The translations under genes and the position numbers were made by a program. The notes beneath the pieces were generated by a model that made no database searches, was not told the DNA's origin, and was given only the letters and a program-made list of their open reading frames with translations. From Trypethelium eluteriae (taxonomy: Eukaryota), in assembly GCA_051942245.1 (NCBI GenBank), contig JAVECL010000157.1, positions 1 through 41,745 of the forward strand: a DNA stretch of 41,745 nt. Reading direction: 5' to 3'. This document shows, piece after piece, positions 10,544 to 21,100 of the stretch. Numbering within the stretch: the first letter of the stretch is position 1; every line of letters starts with the position of its first letter.

Positions 10544-12173
10544 TCAGTGAGACGTAAGAAAACCCCCATCTCCCGTCGTCCCATGGAAATTAACCGTCTT
10601 CTCCACAAGGAACTCCTCCAGGCCCCAGGACGAGTTCGCATTTCCCCATCCACTTCCCTTCACGCCCCCAATTGGTAGCGAAGCCATGTCATACACCGTC
10701 AAGTTATTAATTTGGACCTGCCCATACTCCAAAGCCTTCGCAACCTTCAACCCGCGTTCCCAGTTGCTAGTGTGAACTGCAGCATTCAGCCCGTATTTTG
10801 AGTCGTTTGCCTTGAAAATCCCATCCGCGTCATCATCGAACACGAACACCGACGCCGAGGGCCCGAAAGTCTCATCATCCCAGATCTGCATCTCGGGGCT
10901 CGTATCCGTCAGTAGAGTTGGCCTCAGACACGCCTTCGTCTGATCCCCCTCCGCATACTCTAATCCTCCAACCAAGAACTTCGCCCCCTTCTCCTTCGCA
11001 TCCTTCAACATCTCATACGCATGCCTCGCCCCCTGCACATTCACCGCCGATCCCGCACTCTCCATCCCCTCAAACACCCGCTTCAAATGCCCCACAAACT
11101 CCTCATACACCGCCCTCTGCACTAGAACCCTCTCCGTGGAAAAACACAACTGCCCATGATGCAACGTCGCCCCGATCGCACACAACTGCGCCGCCTTCAG
11201 CAAATCCGCATCATCCAGCACCAGCGCGGGACCCTTCCCCCCCAACTCCATCAGAATCGGCTTCAGATGCTTCGCGCAGAGCTGGCCGATGATGCGGCCG
11301 ACCGCCTGGCTCCCAATGAACTCGACCTTGCGGATCCGCGGCGACGCGACCAGCGCGTCGGTGACGGCGCCGGCTTCTTCGCGCCGGCACTGGATCTGGT
11401 TGAGGAGCCCCGCGGGCGCGCCCGCGGCCGTGAAGGCGGATACGATGGAGTGGTGCGTTAGGGGGCAGAGCTCGGAGGCTTTGAGGAGGACGGTGCAGCC
11501 GGCGGCGATGGCGTTGGAGATGGCGCGGGTGGAGAGGACGAGTGCGCCGTTCCAGCTGGAGGAGGGGGAAACGTGTGAGTATGGGTGGGAGAGAGGGAGG
11601 GAGGGTGAACGGCGAGAAGGGGGAGTGGCAGATGCTGGGGATTGGAAATGGAGGAAAGAGGAGATAGATGGATGGAGAGGCGGAAACTTACGGCACGATG
11701 ACCATGACGGGCCCGATGGGCTCCTTGATGGTGACGGCGAAGACGTTCTTCTCCGTAACCTGCGGGACGGAGCCGCGGATGCCGGAGATGGCGCTTGCAG
11801 TCTCCCTGAGATGCTGGACGGCATACTTGACGTTGAATTCGGCGAACTGCGGGGGACAGCTCGTCTCGTCGACCTGGAACCGGGCCATTTCGGCCGTGCG
11901 CTGCTCGTAGATGTCGGCGACGCGGAGAAGGAGGTCGCGTCGTTTTTCGTAGAGCTCGTCCTTCCAGCCGCCGATCCAGGCTTTGTAGGAGGATTCGGCG
12001 GCTGCGAGTGCTTCATCGACGTTGGCGGACTGGGCCTGGTGGACGGCTTTGCCCGTTTGGGCGGAGACGACGTCGAAGAGTCGGTCCTTGGCGATGGGTT
12101 GAGGGGAAGAGTCGATCCAGACCGGGACCGTACTGAGGTCGGATAGACCAGGGATGCCGTTTGTGCTAGCCAT
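10544..12173 (-). CDS. NAD(P)-dependent aldehyde dehydrogenase, salicylaldehyde/vanillin dehydrogenase-like; exons 12173-11692 and 11555-10544
   Basis: KEPIGPVMVIVP|WNG across a 136-nt GT-AG intron, LKASELCP, VEFIGSQAVG, catalytic Glu in MELGGKGP, catalytic Cys in GQLCFSTER, ETFGP, PIGGVKGSGWG. Substrate class is inferred. Confidence 0.9.
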
Positions 12174-13021
12174 GGCGATGATGGAGATGGATAAAAGGTG
12201 TTGATATCGGGAATTGATTGGATAGTGAAAGGGAAGACGTGCGAAGGAAAAGGACAGAGGAAATATGAACTCGAAGATCTTACCGGTGAGCAGAGACTTA
12301 GTAGCACGGTAGATAGACTTTATACAAGAGGGGTTTCATAAGTAGCCAGAGTACCCTACACTGGTAGGTGAAGCCCTTGGCGTTGGTTGATTACCTGATC
12401 TTCTGTCTGGCACCACTGCACTATCCGTATCTGGCACAGCGCAGGAAGTTTCGATTCCTCCTTGCAAATAAATCCGTGGGATGGAGAAACTCAGCGGGGA
12501 GGTATTGTAAACGGACAACGTTAGCTCCGCTGAGGCCTTGTAGGGAGGGGGAATAATGTCGAGCGGGCCGCAGCCCCTCCGTAGTCAACTCACATCTGGC
12601 GCGCAAGCGAAAGCGAAACCGAGGTGGCCATCATACCCTACGCTTGGCCACCTTAGCCTTCGTGCCTGATCTTGTACCGACCTTTGGGGCACCGGGGTTC
12701 GTCTTGAAAAACGTGCGTTCACACTCCCTGCTCTTGGTACGACAAGCGAAAGAAACCTGCATAGAGACGAGTTGTTGTATTTGTACAGGCATTACGCTAA
12801 TGCTAATGTAAAGACATCATTAGATATTCATCGGCCAATGATCCGCGGATGCGAAAAAGCTTTGACGTTGCGTTCGCAATCCCCACTCCTTGGATGAAAA
12901 GCTGAAAGAAATCTGTGTGGAGAAGGGTGTAGACATATGTACAGCCATTGCATTAATGTTGGAACCCATTGCTATCATCAGTCGAGGCAACTCATGTCGC
13001 TCCAAGTCCAAGATGCATCAT

Positions 13022-14631
13022 TCAATCCCTAAACTCATTCATGAATTTTTTATGGAACTCCGTTATCCGGCTAACCCAGTCCGTTCCCGGTGCCAAGAAT
13101 GTCGTTCGGAAATGCAATGTGCCTTCCTTCTGCCCAAATCCAGATCCGGGTACGACGCAGACTCCTGTTGCATCCAGCATGCGCAGACAGTAGAACTCGT
13201 CGGGGCTACGGCCTTCTTTGTGTGCTTGTTCGACTGCACGTTTGGGAAGTGTAATCGTTGGAAAGAGATACATCGCGCCCTAAATGAGGTACCATTAGTC
13301 ATTCATCAGATCAGGGAAGAAAATGCATCAGGCAGGAGTTCAAGTCATGTTCTGACGCACCTGTGGGTTCTCGCAATGAACACCCTCCATTTGCTTGAAC
13401 GCATCATACAGTGCCGTCGCCCTCTTCTCTAGGCCGTTGAAAATGCCATCATATTCCTGCTTGTATAGCTCGTGGCTTGGTTCTCCTGGCTTTGGCGGGT
13501 TGACCATACAGTCGACCATACATTGCCCCACGACCGGCGGACACAGCTGAATACTGATGAACTTGTAGATTTGCTCTTGAACCTGCTTGTCGAACCCCAC
13601 AAGCTCAAAGTATCCGCCACGATGTCCGCACTCGCCCACCATTCCCTTCGAGATACTGTGCAATGAAGCCAGCTCCAAATTATCATATTTACCTGGATTG
13701 GCTTTTTGCATATCCCGAAGCACTTTCTTGAATGAGTGGAAGGCGCCGACGAACACGTTCGTCTGGTAAACTTCATCGGCCAGGAGGACTAGCTTTTCTT
13801 GAGCAGCAAAATCAACGAGACTCCTCATATCTGCTTCTGAGAGGCTAGCACCTGTCGGGTTCCCTGGATTGATGACCACGATGGCGCGTACCTCGGTGCC
13901 TTCGCTCTTGGCTTTTTCATATGCAGTTCGGATGCTGGCAAGGTCCGTGCCCCAATGCTTGTTTTCTTCCAGGTAATATGGAACGCATCGTGCGTTGAGA
14001 ACAGAAAGTGTCGCTGTGTAGAGTGGGTATTGGGGTATCGGTACAAGGACACCAGTTTCTGGGCTTGCACAGATGATGTGCATGAGTGTGTTCACTCCAG
14101 AGGATGCACCAGCGCTGAGGTAGACGTTGTTGAAGTCTGCAGGATAGCCGTCACGCTCTACTCTCGGGTCAACAAAGGTCTTCTGCCACTGGTATTGATC
14201 GTACCTTCAATAAACCGAGCAACACTCTGCCGTATTATAGGTGCTCCATGACTTTGACTGTATGCTCCTACACTCTTCACTCCTGCCAATAGCCTACGTG
14301 CCCTCTCAATCACATCTGGCTTGTAGCCCAGGTGATTTATCAAGACATCTTCCTTTTCCAGTAATGGAGGATATTCCACCAAGCTCGCTACCTGCCTGAA
14401 GAACGTTATAGGTTTCTGGTCGAGCTGTTGAGGGTTGCCAATATTTGCCGAGATGACAGAATCGAAGGGCAGACTCTCATCTGGAGGGGTTGGAGGTTGT
14501 GTCTTTTGGAGCTTTACGCGATACTCTTCAGAGCGAATGGCTAGTTCTCCACGAACTGCATATTGTGCGCTTCTGACGTGGGGGTTGATGTTGTCGATGT
14601 TTAATGCTCTAAGCTGAGCAGTGGACGACAT
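13022..14631 (-). CDS. ALT1: Alanine aminotransferase (PLP-dependent); exons 14631-14205, 14157-13361, 13279-13022
   Basis: INPHVRSAQYAVRGELA, ANIGNPQQL, VINPGNPTG, LLADEVYQ, PLP-lysine motif LHSISKGMVGECGHRGGY, Q|GAMYLFP, VVPGSGFGQ, HFRTTFL. Confidence 0.95.
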
Positions 14632-15479
14632 GTTCCGTTTTGAGCGAGAAGATGGTAGAAGGCAAGATGCTAAGTACCAAGGAAAGAGTTGGTAAGCAGC
14701 GTGTAAACAAGTAGGTGAACTTAGTTGTGGTATGTATTGCAGATAAATGGCTTAGGTAGATAGAGTCGTTGTGGAGGAACGGCAGCAGCGAGAAGAAATT
14801 TTCAAATATGGAAAGTTGATTCTCGGAAAAAGCAGTTGCAAGGAGTAGTGGAGCGTAGGAAGGGGAAGTCACCTTGTTTCCTGAAAAAAACTGTATCCTT
14901 GACCGCGGAGTTCGTGGACCTGGTCCCTAACAAAATTTGAAGCGCCGATGACGCGGGTCGGCTAGTAGCCGTCATGATCAAAGGGTCTTAGTTTCTTGTC
15001 AAGATGCACCAAAAGAACAGGGAGGCGACTGGAACCATAGGAGTGGAGGCCGACTGACGTCTCGAACCAATGGTGCAATGGTGCGGCTAAGTCGCATATG
15101 TTGCCTTTCCTTTGGTCCATCGCTGACTGATCGACCCAAGTTGGGGCTCGTGATCCAAAACGGTTTTGCTTCTTTCCCTACCCCGGAAAACTTTCCCGGC
15201 ATACCTCTTACATATCGTGTTACATCTCAATTTTCAAATAAAGCGGTGCAGAGATGCGATTGTTCTTTTTTTTTTTTTTTTTTTCCCCCGCAGTCCTGTG
15301 TCAAGTCAGATCCATGGATTCTGTTCTGTTTCACTCAATGTTGGCAAATATTTCTTTGGTTCTGCCGCTCAAAAAACATCCTAAAGGAATACAAGTTTGT
15401 CATGAACGCAATCCCTCTAACGTTCATAGATTCTTCCTCTCATACCCCAAAATCGTGGCATTCCAACGTCATCTCTTCT

Positions 15480-16516
15480 TCAAGCCGTCTTTTTCCACGC
15501 TGCATAGACCCCGAGCAACGAACTGACTGTACCTGCCAGACCCACGAGCCCATCGTCTAGATTCAGATATCCCACAAACGTGCTTGGGATCGTGATATCA
15601 CACAGGTCTGATACCAGCTGCAGGCTGGCTGCACTTCGTTCCCTTTGCAGTCTCTTTTCCTCCACTGTGCCTTCGGCATCTTTCTTATTGATCGCCAGTG
15701 CCCGTTGTCGCAATTGATATAAGGTGTAGAAACCAGCGACAGAGTTGCAGATAAGGCCAAAAAGCCAGGCTTTGTATGCTTCCCGTTGCAGCCGCTTTGC
15801 CGCGGAGTTAGGCCTGATACCCGCGGCGTCGAACTGTGAAATGTAGTCAGTATATTTGCTTCTTGATTGAGGGGTAGGGATCCGATGTAGAACTCACGTA
15901 AGTGATAGCATCGAAGGTCAAGTAAAATCCGTATCCCAACTGCCTTCCTACGGCACAGTACTTCAGCACGGGATCCATCGTTCGCGCATCTGCAGCCTTG
16001 GCCGCCATTTGAAAATGCTCCACAAATTTGCCCACCCTCAACAGCTTCCGTGACAGGCCAAACTGTTTCTTGACAGCTTCATAAGGGGCAATCTCGCCGG
16101 GTGAGTGGTTCGTTCGATAAAGGTACCATGCGTAGAAGCGGGAGAAGTATTGTAGGGTCCGCAGGATCTTGTCACGACCGACTTTGTGACCAAAAGGTTA
16201 GCCATCGAGATTTGCAGAGAAAAGAAGTTCTAATATACATCTGAGGACGAGAAAGAAGAGCTCGGCGGGATATTGAACAAGAATCAGTGATCAATCTCTT
16301 TGATCTCCTATTCCAGCTTGATTCATCCCGAGAGAGCCCCAACTAGATATCGAGCCCCACGTATCCCACGGAGCACTCTTGCCGCGCCCCCTAGTGGAAA
16401 ACTGAACAAGAGTGGTATGTCTTGCGGCCAGCGGGGTGTGCAAACCTACCTGTTGTCGCAACGTATCGTAGATAATGGTCCACCGTTGGGTGGTAGATTA
16501 GTGCATCTGCCACCAT
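15480..16516 (-). CDS. PEX11: Peroxisomal biogenesis factor 11; exons 16516-16450, 16181-15898, 15833-15480
   Basis: MVADALIYHPTVDHYLRYVATT|VGRDKILRTLQYFSRFYAW, KQFGLSRKLLRVGKFVEH, GRQLGYGFYL, C-terminal LDDGLVGLAGTVSSLLGVYAAWKKTA. Confidence 0.95.
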
Positions 16517-16650
16517 ATTGAGGTTCTCCGTAATGCAGTCGTCCGGATGGAAAATGAGTTCGAAGCAGAAGGCGTAGGGTAACTTTATTTGGTGGTTTGG
16601 AATTACTTGCGAGCGGAGCTCCACCCTTGACATGTGAGGCGTGCGGGTTG

Positions 16651-16656
16651 CCTCGG
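16651..16656. promoter_or_regulatory. Candidate FarA/FarB (Ctf1-type) fatty-acid response element CCTCGG upstream of PEX11
   Basis: CCTCGG lies 135 bp upstream of the PEX11 ATG. CCGAGG/CCTCGG is the established core in Aspergillus peroxin and beta-oxidation promoters. A hexamer alone is weak evidence. Confidence 0.45.
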
Positions 16657-17215
16657 TCGAACAACCCGGGAACATATCGCATTCGGGATGATAGACGCGA
16701 AGAACTTCTTAATGAAACTCTCAGCCCGTGAATCTCGTGGCACGTGCAATCCAACTGCAGAATGGCCTGGGCGCCATGCTCGTTAATTTAAGCATGCTCA
16801 ACACAGAATCAGGCAGTTTATCCAATTTATAACATTTCAACTATGGATAAGGGAATTGCGAGCCTCTGTCTCAAGCATTATCGTCAAGAAGACAGACTCT
16901 ATGCGTGGAAACTTAGCAATAGATTCCTATGCAGATATATACAATATCAAATCAATCAGCGTTACAGGTATTGATGCGAATTCGCTCTCGTAACCCCCAA
17001 AAAATTCGAATCACTCGCTGTGCAACAGTACGTAGTTCAAAGGAGCACCTCCTGTAGCCCTCCATGTCTAGCTACGCAATTGAAGTCTCCACTTGCAGAC
17101 ATTGGTCTTGCTCGCAGACAGAGGTATTGGCATCTTCTGGTCCATCACATCATGCTCTCCTGACTATCCCTTTCCCATCCCCGTCATCCCACCCTTGAGG
17201 CTAGATTGCTCATCT

Positions 17216-17404
17216 TCACATCACGGAGCATGGAATAATACAGCAAGAGCATCCACCATCACCGCATTCGATGCATGGCAGGCCTGACTTGATGTTGGCG
17301 CCACCATTGCTCGAAGCAGAGACCGACGATGATGTAGAGACGGAGACGGAGGTTCCTGTGGCAGTTGCGGAGCCGTTTGAGGTGGAAGCGACTGGCTTTG
17401 CCAT
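17216..17404 (-). CDS. 62-aa Ser/Thr-rich, Cys-clustered microprotein ending in a CaaX box (CSVM)
   Basis: MAKPVASTSNGSATATGTSVSVSTSSSVSASSNGGANIKSGLPCIECGDGGCSCCIIPCSVM*. Good start context (GCT ATG G), C-ending codon bias, six Cys in the last 19 aa, located in an otherwise gene-free gap. Confidence 0.65.
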   Translation of the reverse strand: MAKPVASTSNGSATATGTSVSVSTSSSVSASSNGGANIKSGLPCIECGDGGCSCCIIPCSVM

Positions 17405-18194
17405 AGCAGATCTCGTGATTGTGAGGAGGGAGAGAGTTAAGGCCACCTGAGCACAAGGTATCGAGTACGGTAATTTAGAACTTCCTGGGGCTGGCGTTAA
17501 TGCTTTGGTATCAATCAAATATGCAAATTATGGTGGTGACTATACGTACGAGGATTTCTCAGTCGTCGTCAAATTAGTGCGTAGAAGATCTACCGTGAAT
17601 CGAGACTTGTGTAGGATTGGATTGAAAGGGAGATGGGGAGGGAATCTTGAAACTGGGACAGCAGGGGTTCGCAGCACGCGCATGCGCGATGCTTGGCAAC
17701 GCCGCGGGGCGGGATCATGACGTCCAAGTCCCCCATATCTACCAGGTACCCAACCTACCTGAGGTACTCTTTCGCGCATGCAGAGTACAGGTTTCATGTG
17801 GTATGTCTGCCCTCGAAGATTATTGTTCATAATAGGACATTGCTCGACAAACACATCCATTTCGGAATTGGTTAACAACAATTCAACGAATAGGATATTG
17901 TAAAAATTACTGTAGATCTCAACTGGGACGATAAAATATCAAGAAAAGTATTAAACGTATGAGATGAACTCCTTCGGAAATCTTAGACTATCTCTTATTC
18001 AGCAACTGAGGGGGTGAAATATGTGAATATATTTCATGATGGATTCAAAATCTGTCCATAAATTATGCACACTCATTCCTACTCCACTCAGTCTATCCAT
18101 AAGAACCCTAGGTACTCTGGAGCGGAAGATACCTTCGTGCCCACTTCCTCAGAAAGTTGCTGTCCTCTATTTTCGAGGTGAAGGCGCGCTTTCG

Positions 18195-21100
18195 CTAGAT
18201 AGTCTGGTCTTCGCAGTCATCAGCGTCACTTTCCGAATCCTCGAACTCCTGGTCACCGTCATCCTCAGCTTCATCGTCAAGATCTTCAAGAAGCCATGAT
18301 CCATCGTCGGCCTCTGCATCGTCATCGAAGCTAGTAGGATCTTCCCAGCCGACTTCATCCTTTTCAAGGGCTTTCATTAGGCTGATTAGTGAGTCCGCGA
18401 TTTTCTTCCACGATTCCTCAATCGCTCTGATGTACCCAGATGGGATGTCTGTCAAGGCAGTCTGCATCGCTTTGCCACTGGCAACCAACCATTCTCGCCA
18501 TCTCCTCAGCGTCGACGGAGTTAGCTCTTGGAATCCTAAGCCTGGCGCAAAAATATTGGCACCACGAAAATCAGTTCGACTATCACGGCTGAATCGGCTA
18601 AGACAGAGAATTGCTTCTTCCTTGTACGGGGCGGCCCATTCCATGTCAACGTCGAGCTGAGCGTATATCAACGCAACACCAAGTTGCTTGGTGGCCCTAT
18701 TACACTGTTCTTCCATGACCGCACGTTCGTCGGTATCCTCGTATTTTGTGACTACTGGTGTAAAGACAATTTGTGTGAAGCATTCCCATCGTCGTTTAGC
18801 CTCTAAAATATCTTGGGGAATGACACTCTTGAGGTGCTCATCGATTGGCGCACCCTCATCGAGGAGCAGAGATACTAGCCGAGCGCTGCCGCACTACAGT
18901 GCGGCGGTCAAAGCTGTGGCATATTTGCCTTGCGTTGTATGAAGCCCAATGTTAGCATGCTTACCTAGGAGCTTCTTTACGATAGCGATGTCATTGATCG
19001 AGCACGCTGCGATCAGGGCGGTCCCACAATCACCAATGGACGCCTTCACATTGACGTTGATGTCGGAATGTTGGAGGAGAAGTTCGACAATATCCTCTTT
19101 GCCCAACTTGCATGCTGCAATCAATGCAGTACCGAAATCGCCTACTCGTGCTAGTACGTTGACATCCTTCAATTCAGGCGACTTGAGAAGGACCTCGACG
19201 ATACTAGCACCCTGCTCCTCTGCTTTTCCAATCGCTGCAATTAATACCGTTCCGAAGGATCCTACGGCCTTATCCTCCGCTACAAAGTTCACATCAGCGC
19301 CGTGACCGACCAGGAACTCGACAAGCCGAAGCTCGTACAACTGATCCAGTGTTACTAACAGAGGTCGCCGGTCGAAATTCTGGATCCGTAAGTACTGGTA
19401 ATCTAGATCACGGCTCAAATCGAATACGCTAAACAGGTAATCCACTAGGTGTCGCTCTGACTCCGTGAGCCGGAGACTCTTCATGCACAGGAGGAGTAAT
19501 GTAGCTCTAGCAAGCTCTTGCAGATACTGAGGTGCCGCTGTTCTATAGTACTGAAAGACTGGCAACAATCCGTCAAAGCTCCATTTCTCGGCATGCTCAC
19601 CATTAGGGCCGTCGGTTGTTGTCAGGGTGGCCATCTCCCACTTCACCTTCCATCTACCTGGAACATTGTACTCGCATATAGCTCGCGTGACTTCATCCAG
19701 AAAGCTCGCTAGATCTTCGATCTCGCAAATTTCCATCATTTTGTCATTGTTAGGGACACCTGCCCATCCCAGTTCCATGAAATGCCAGTTCTTGGACGAT
19801 AGGTGGCGCACGACCATCCAGATCAAAGAAGTGAGAAACATTACGAGCAGCGAATATAGCGATTTTGCTTCAGTAATGTTCTTATGTATTTGACTGACCG
19901 CTTTCCGGAGTCCATTGCTATGATGCGTCGGATTATCGTAACACTGTCCTACTGTGATGTTACGATTTTCTAGCCTTGTGGAATACCGATGTCGCAATGC
20001 TGGGCTTCCGAGCATCCTTGAGCGCTCCGAAAAACCGACAGCAAACCTCCAGTGTTCGCTGAGGCGATACTGACGTAGCTCGATAATGATGCTTTGCAAT
20101 CCGTCAAGGCGCATCCATGATCTTGATTGGAGTTTGAAAAGATATCCAGCAACGAGAGCATCTAGTAGCGAGAAAGCTCCTACTACGTGGCCTTTCTCGT
20201 GGCTTATATGTGATGGCTGAGGGAGACTCAGCCAGTCATCTGGCCTGAAAACAATGGATGACAGCCCGGCGCGCGTTCCGAGTACTGATTGATGTTCGGT
20301 AACCGTTAACCGTACCATGTCAGTTGCTAACCGAGACAGCCAACGAGCACATCCAGGCGAAGGAGGGCAAGGCTTCAGAAATTTATCGAGGAGGTCCTCT
20401 AAGCCCGGATCTTTGGGCGCCCATGCGACATGCCGCGACCAGCTCTTGCAGGCGTAATCCCAGAGGTCGTTTAGCTTTGGAGATGAGCTACGTTCTTCAG
20501 TATTATAGTAGAGCAAAGTCCTCAAGCAAATCCGTGCCGCAAAAGTATGGCAGTCTTGCGCCTCCGGTCGGTAGTCTTTGAAATATTCCTGAATCGATAG
20601 GTGGGAGAACCGAACAGTGTCACGCTCCACAACTAGTAAGTTTCGACAGACTCGGAGTACATCAGCAGCTTCCTGCATGGTTCTGTTGATGTCGCCATGT
20701 CCCTTGAAATGCTGACTTGCCGCAGCAACTACGATCGACATCTCGCACGATCCTCCGGCAGCCTGCAGCCAGACAAAGGCGCAAGTTGCAATATTCCGCC
20801 AACCGTCCGTCTCGCGATCGATGAGTTGAAATACTTCGGAGTAGATATCTGTAAGATTAGTGGGGAGAGCTGGGAGCGCATTCTTGATTTCGTCGGCGCT
20901 GCTTAGAGATAGGAGATGCACGATCATCATAGCTGCCCATTGAAACCTACGCGAGCCAACAGTCAGCGTTGAGCTCTTCGGGGGGTTTGTTATGAAGCAG
21001 AACGGGGACTCACATTCCCTGACTTTTTCCCTTGAACGTTTCGATGATTTTGCTCTCCAAGTATGGTGGAACTCGAGGGCATTCCCTGGTATCATCTTGT

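Noticed and set aside
10544..12307. 587-aa ORF suggesting an ALDH with a long Ser/Pro N-terminus, and the 285-aa antisense ORF 11289-12146
   Set aside because: The true first exon is in another frame (12173-11692) and joins by a canonical intron. The open alternative frames come from GC3 bias.
15266..15284. Poly-T run producing poly-Phe ORFs
   Set aside because: Homopolymer in the PEX11 3' / ALT1 promoter region, not coding, with no retroelement hallmarks nearby.
16182..16449. Long 268-nt first intron of PEX11 as a possible second snoRNA host
   Set aside because: No convincing box C/D pair or rRNA-complementary guide on the transcribed strand.
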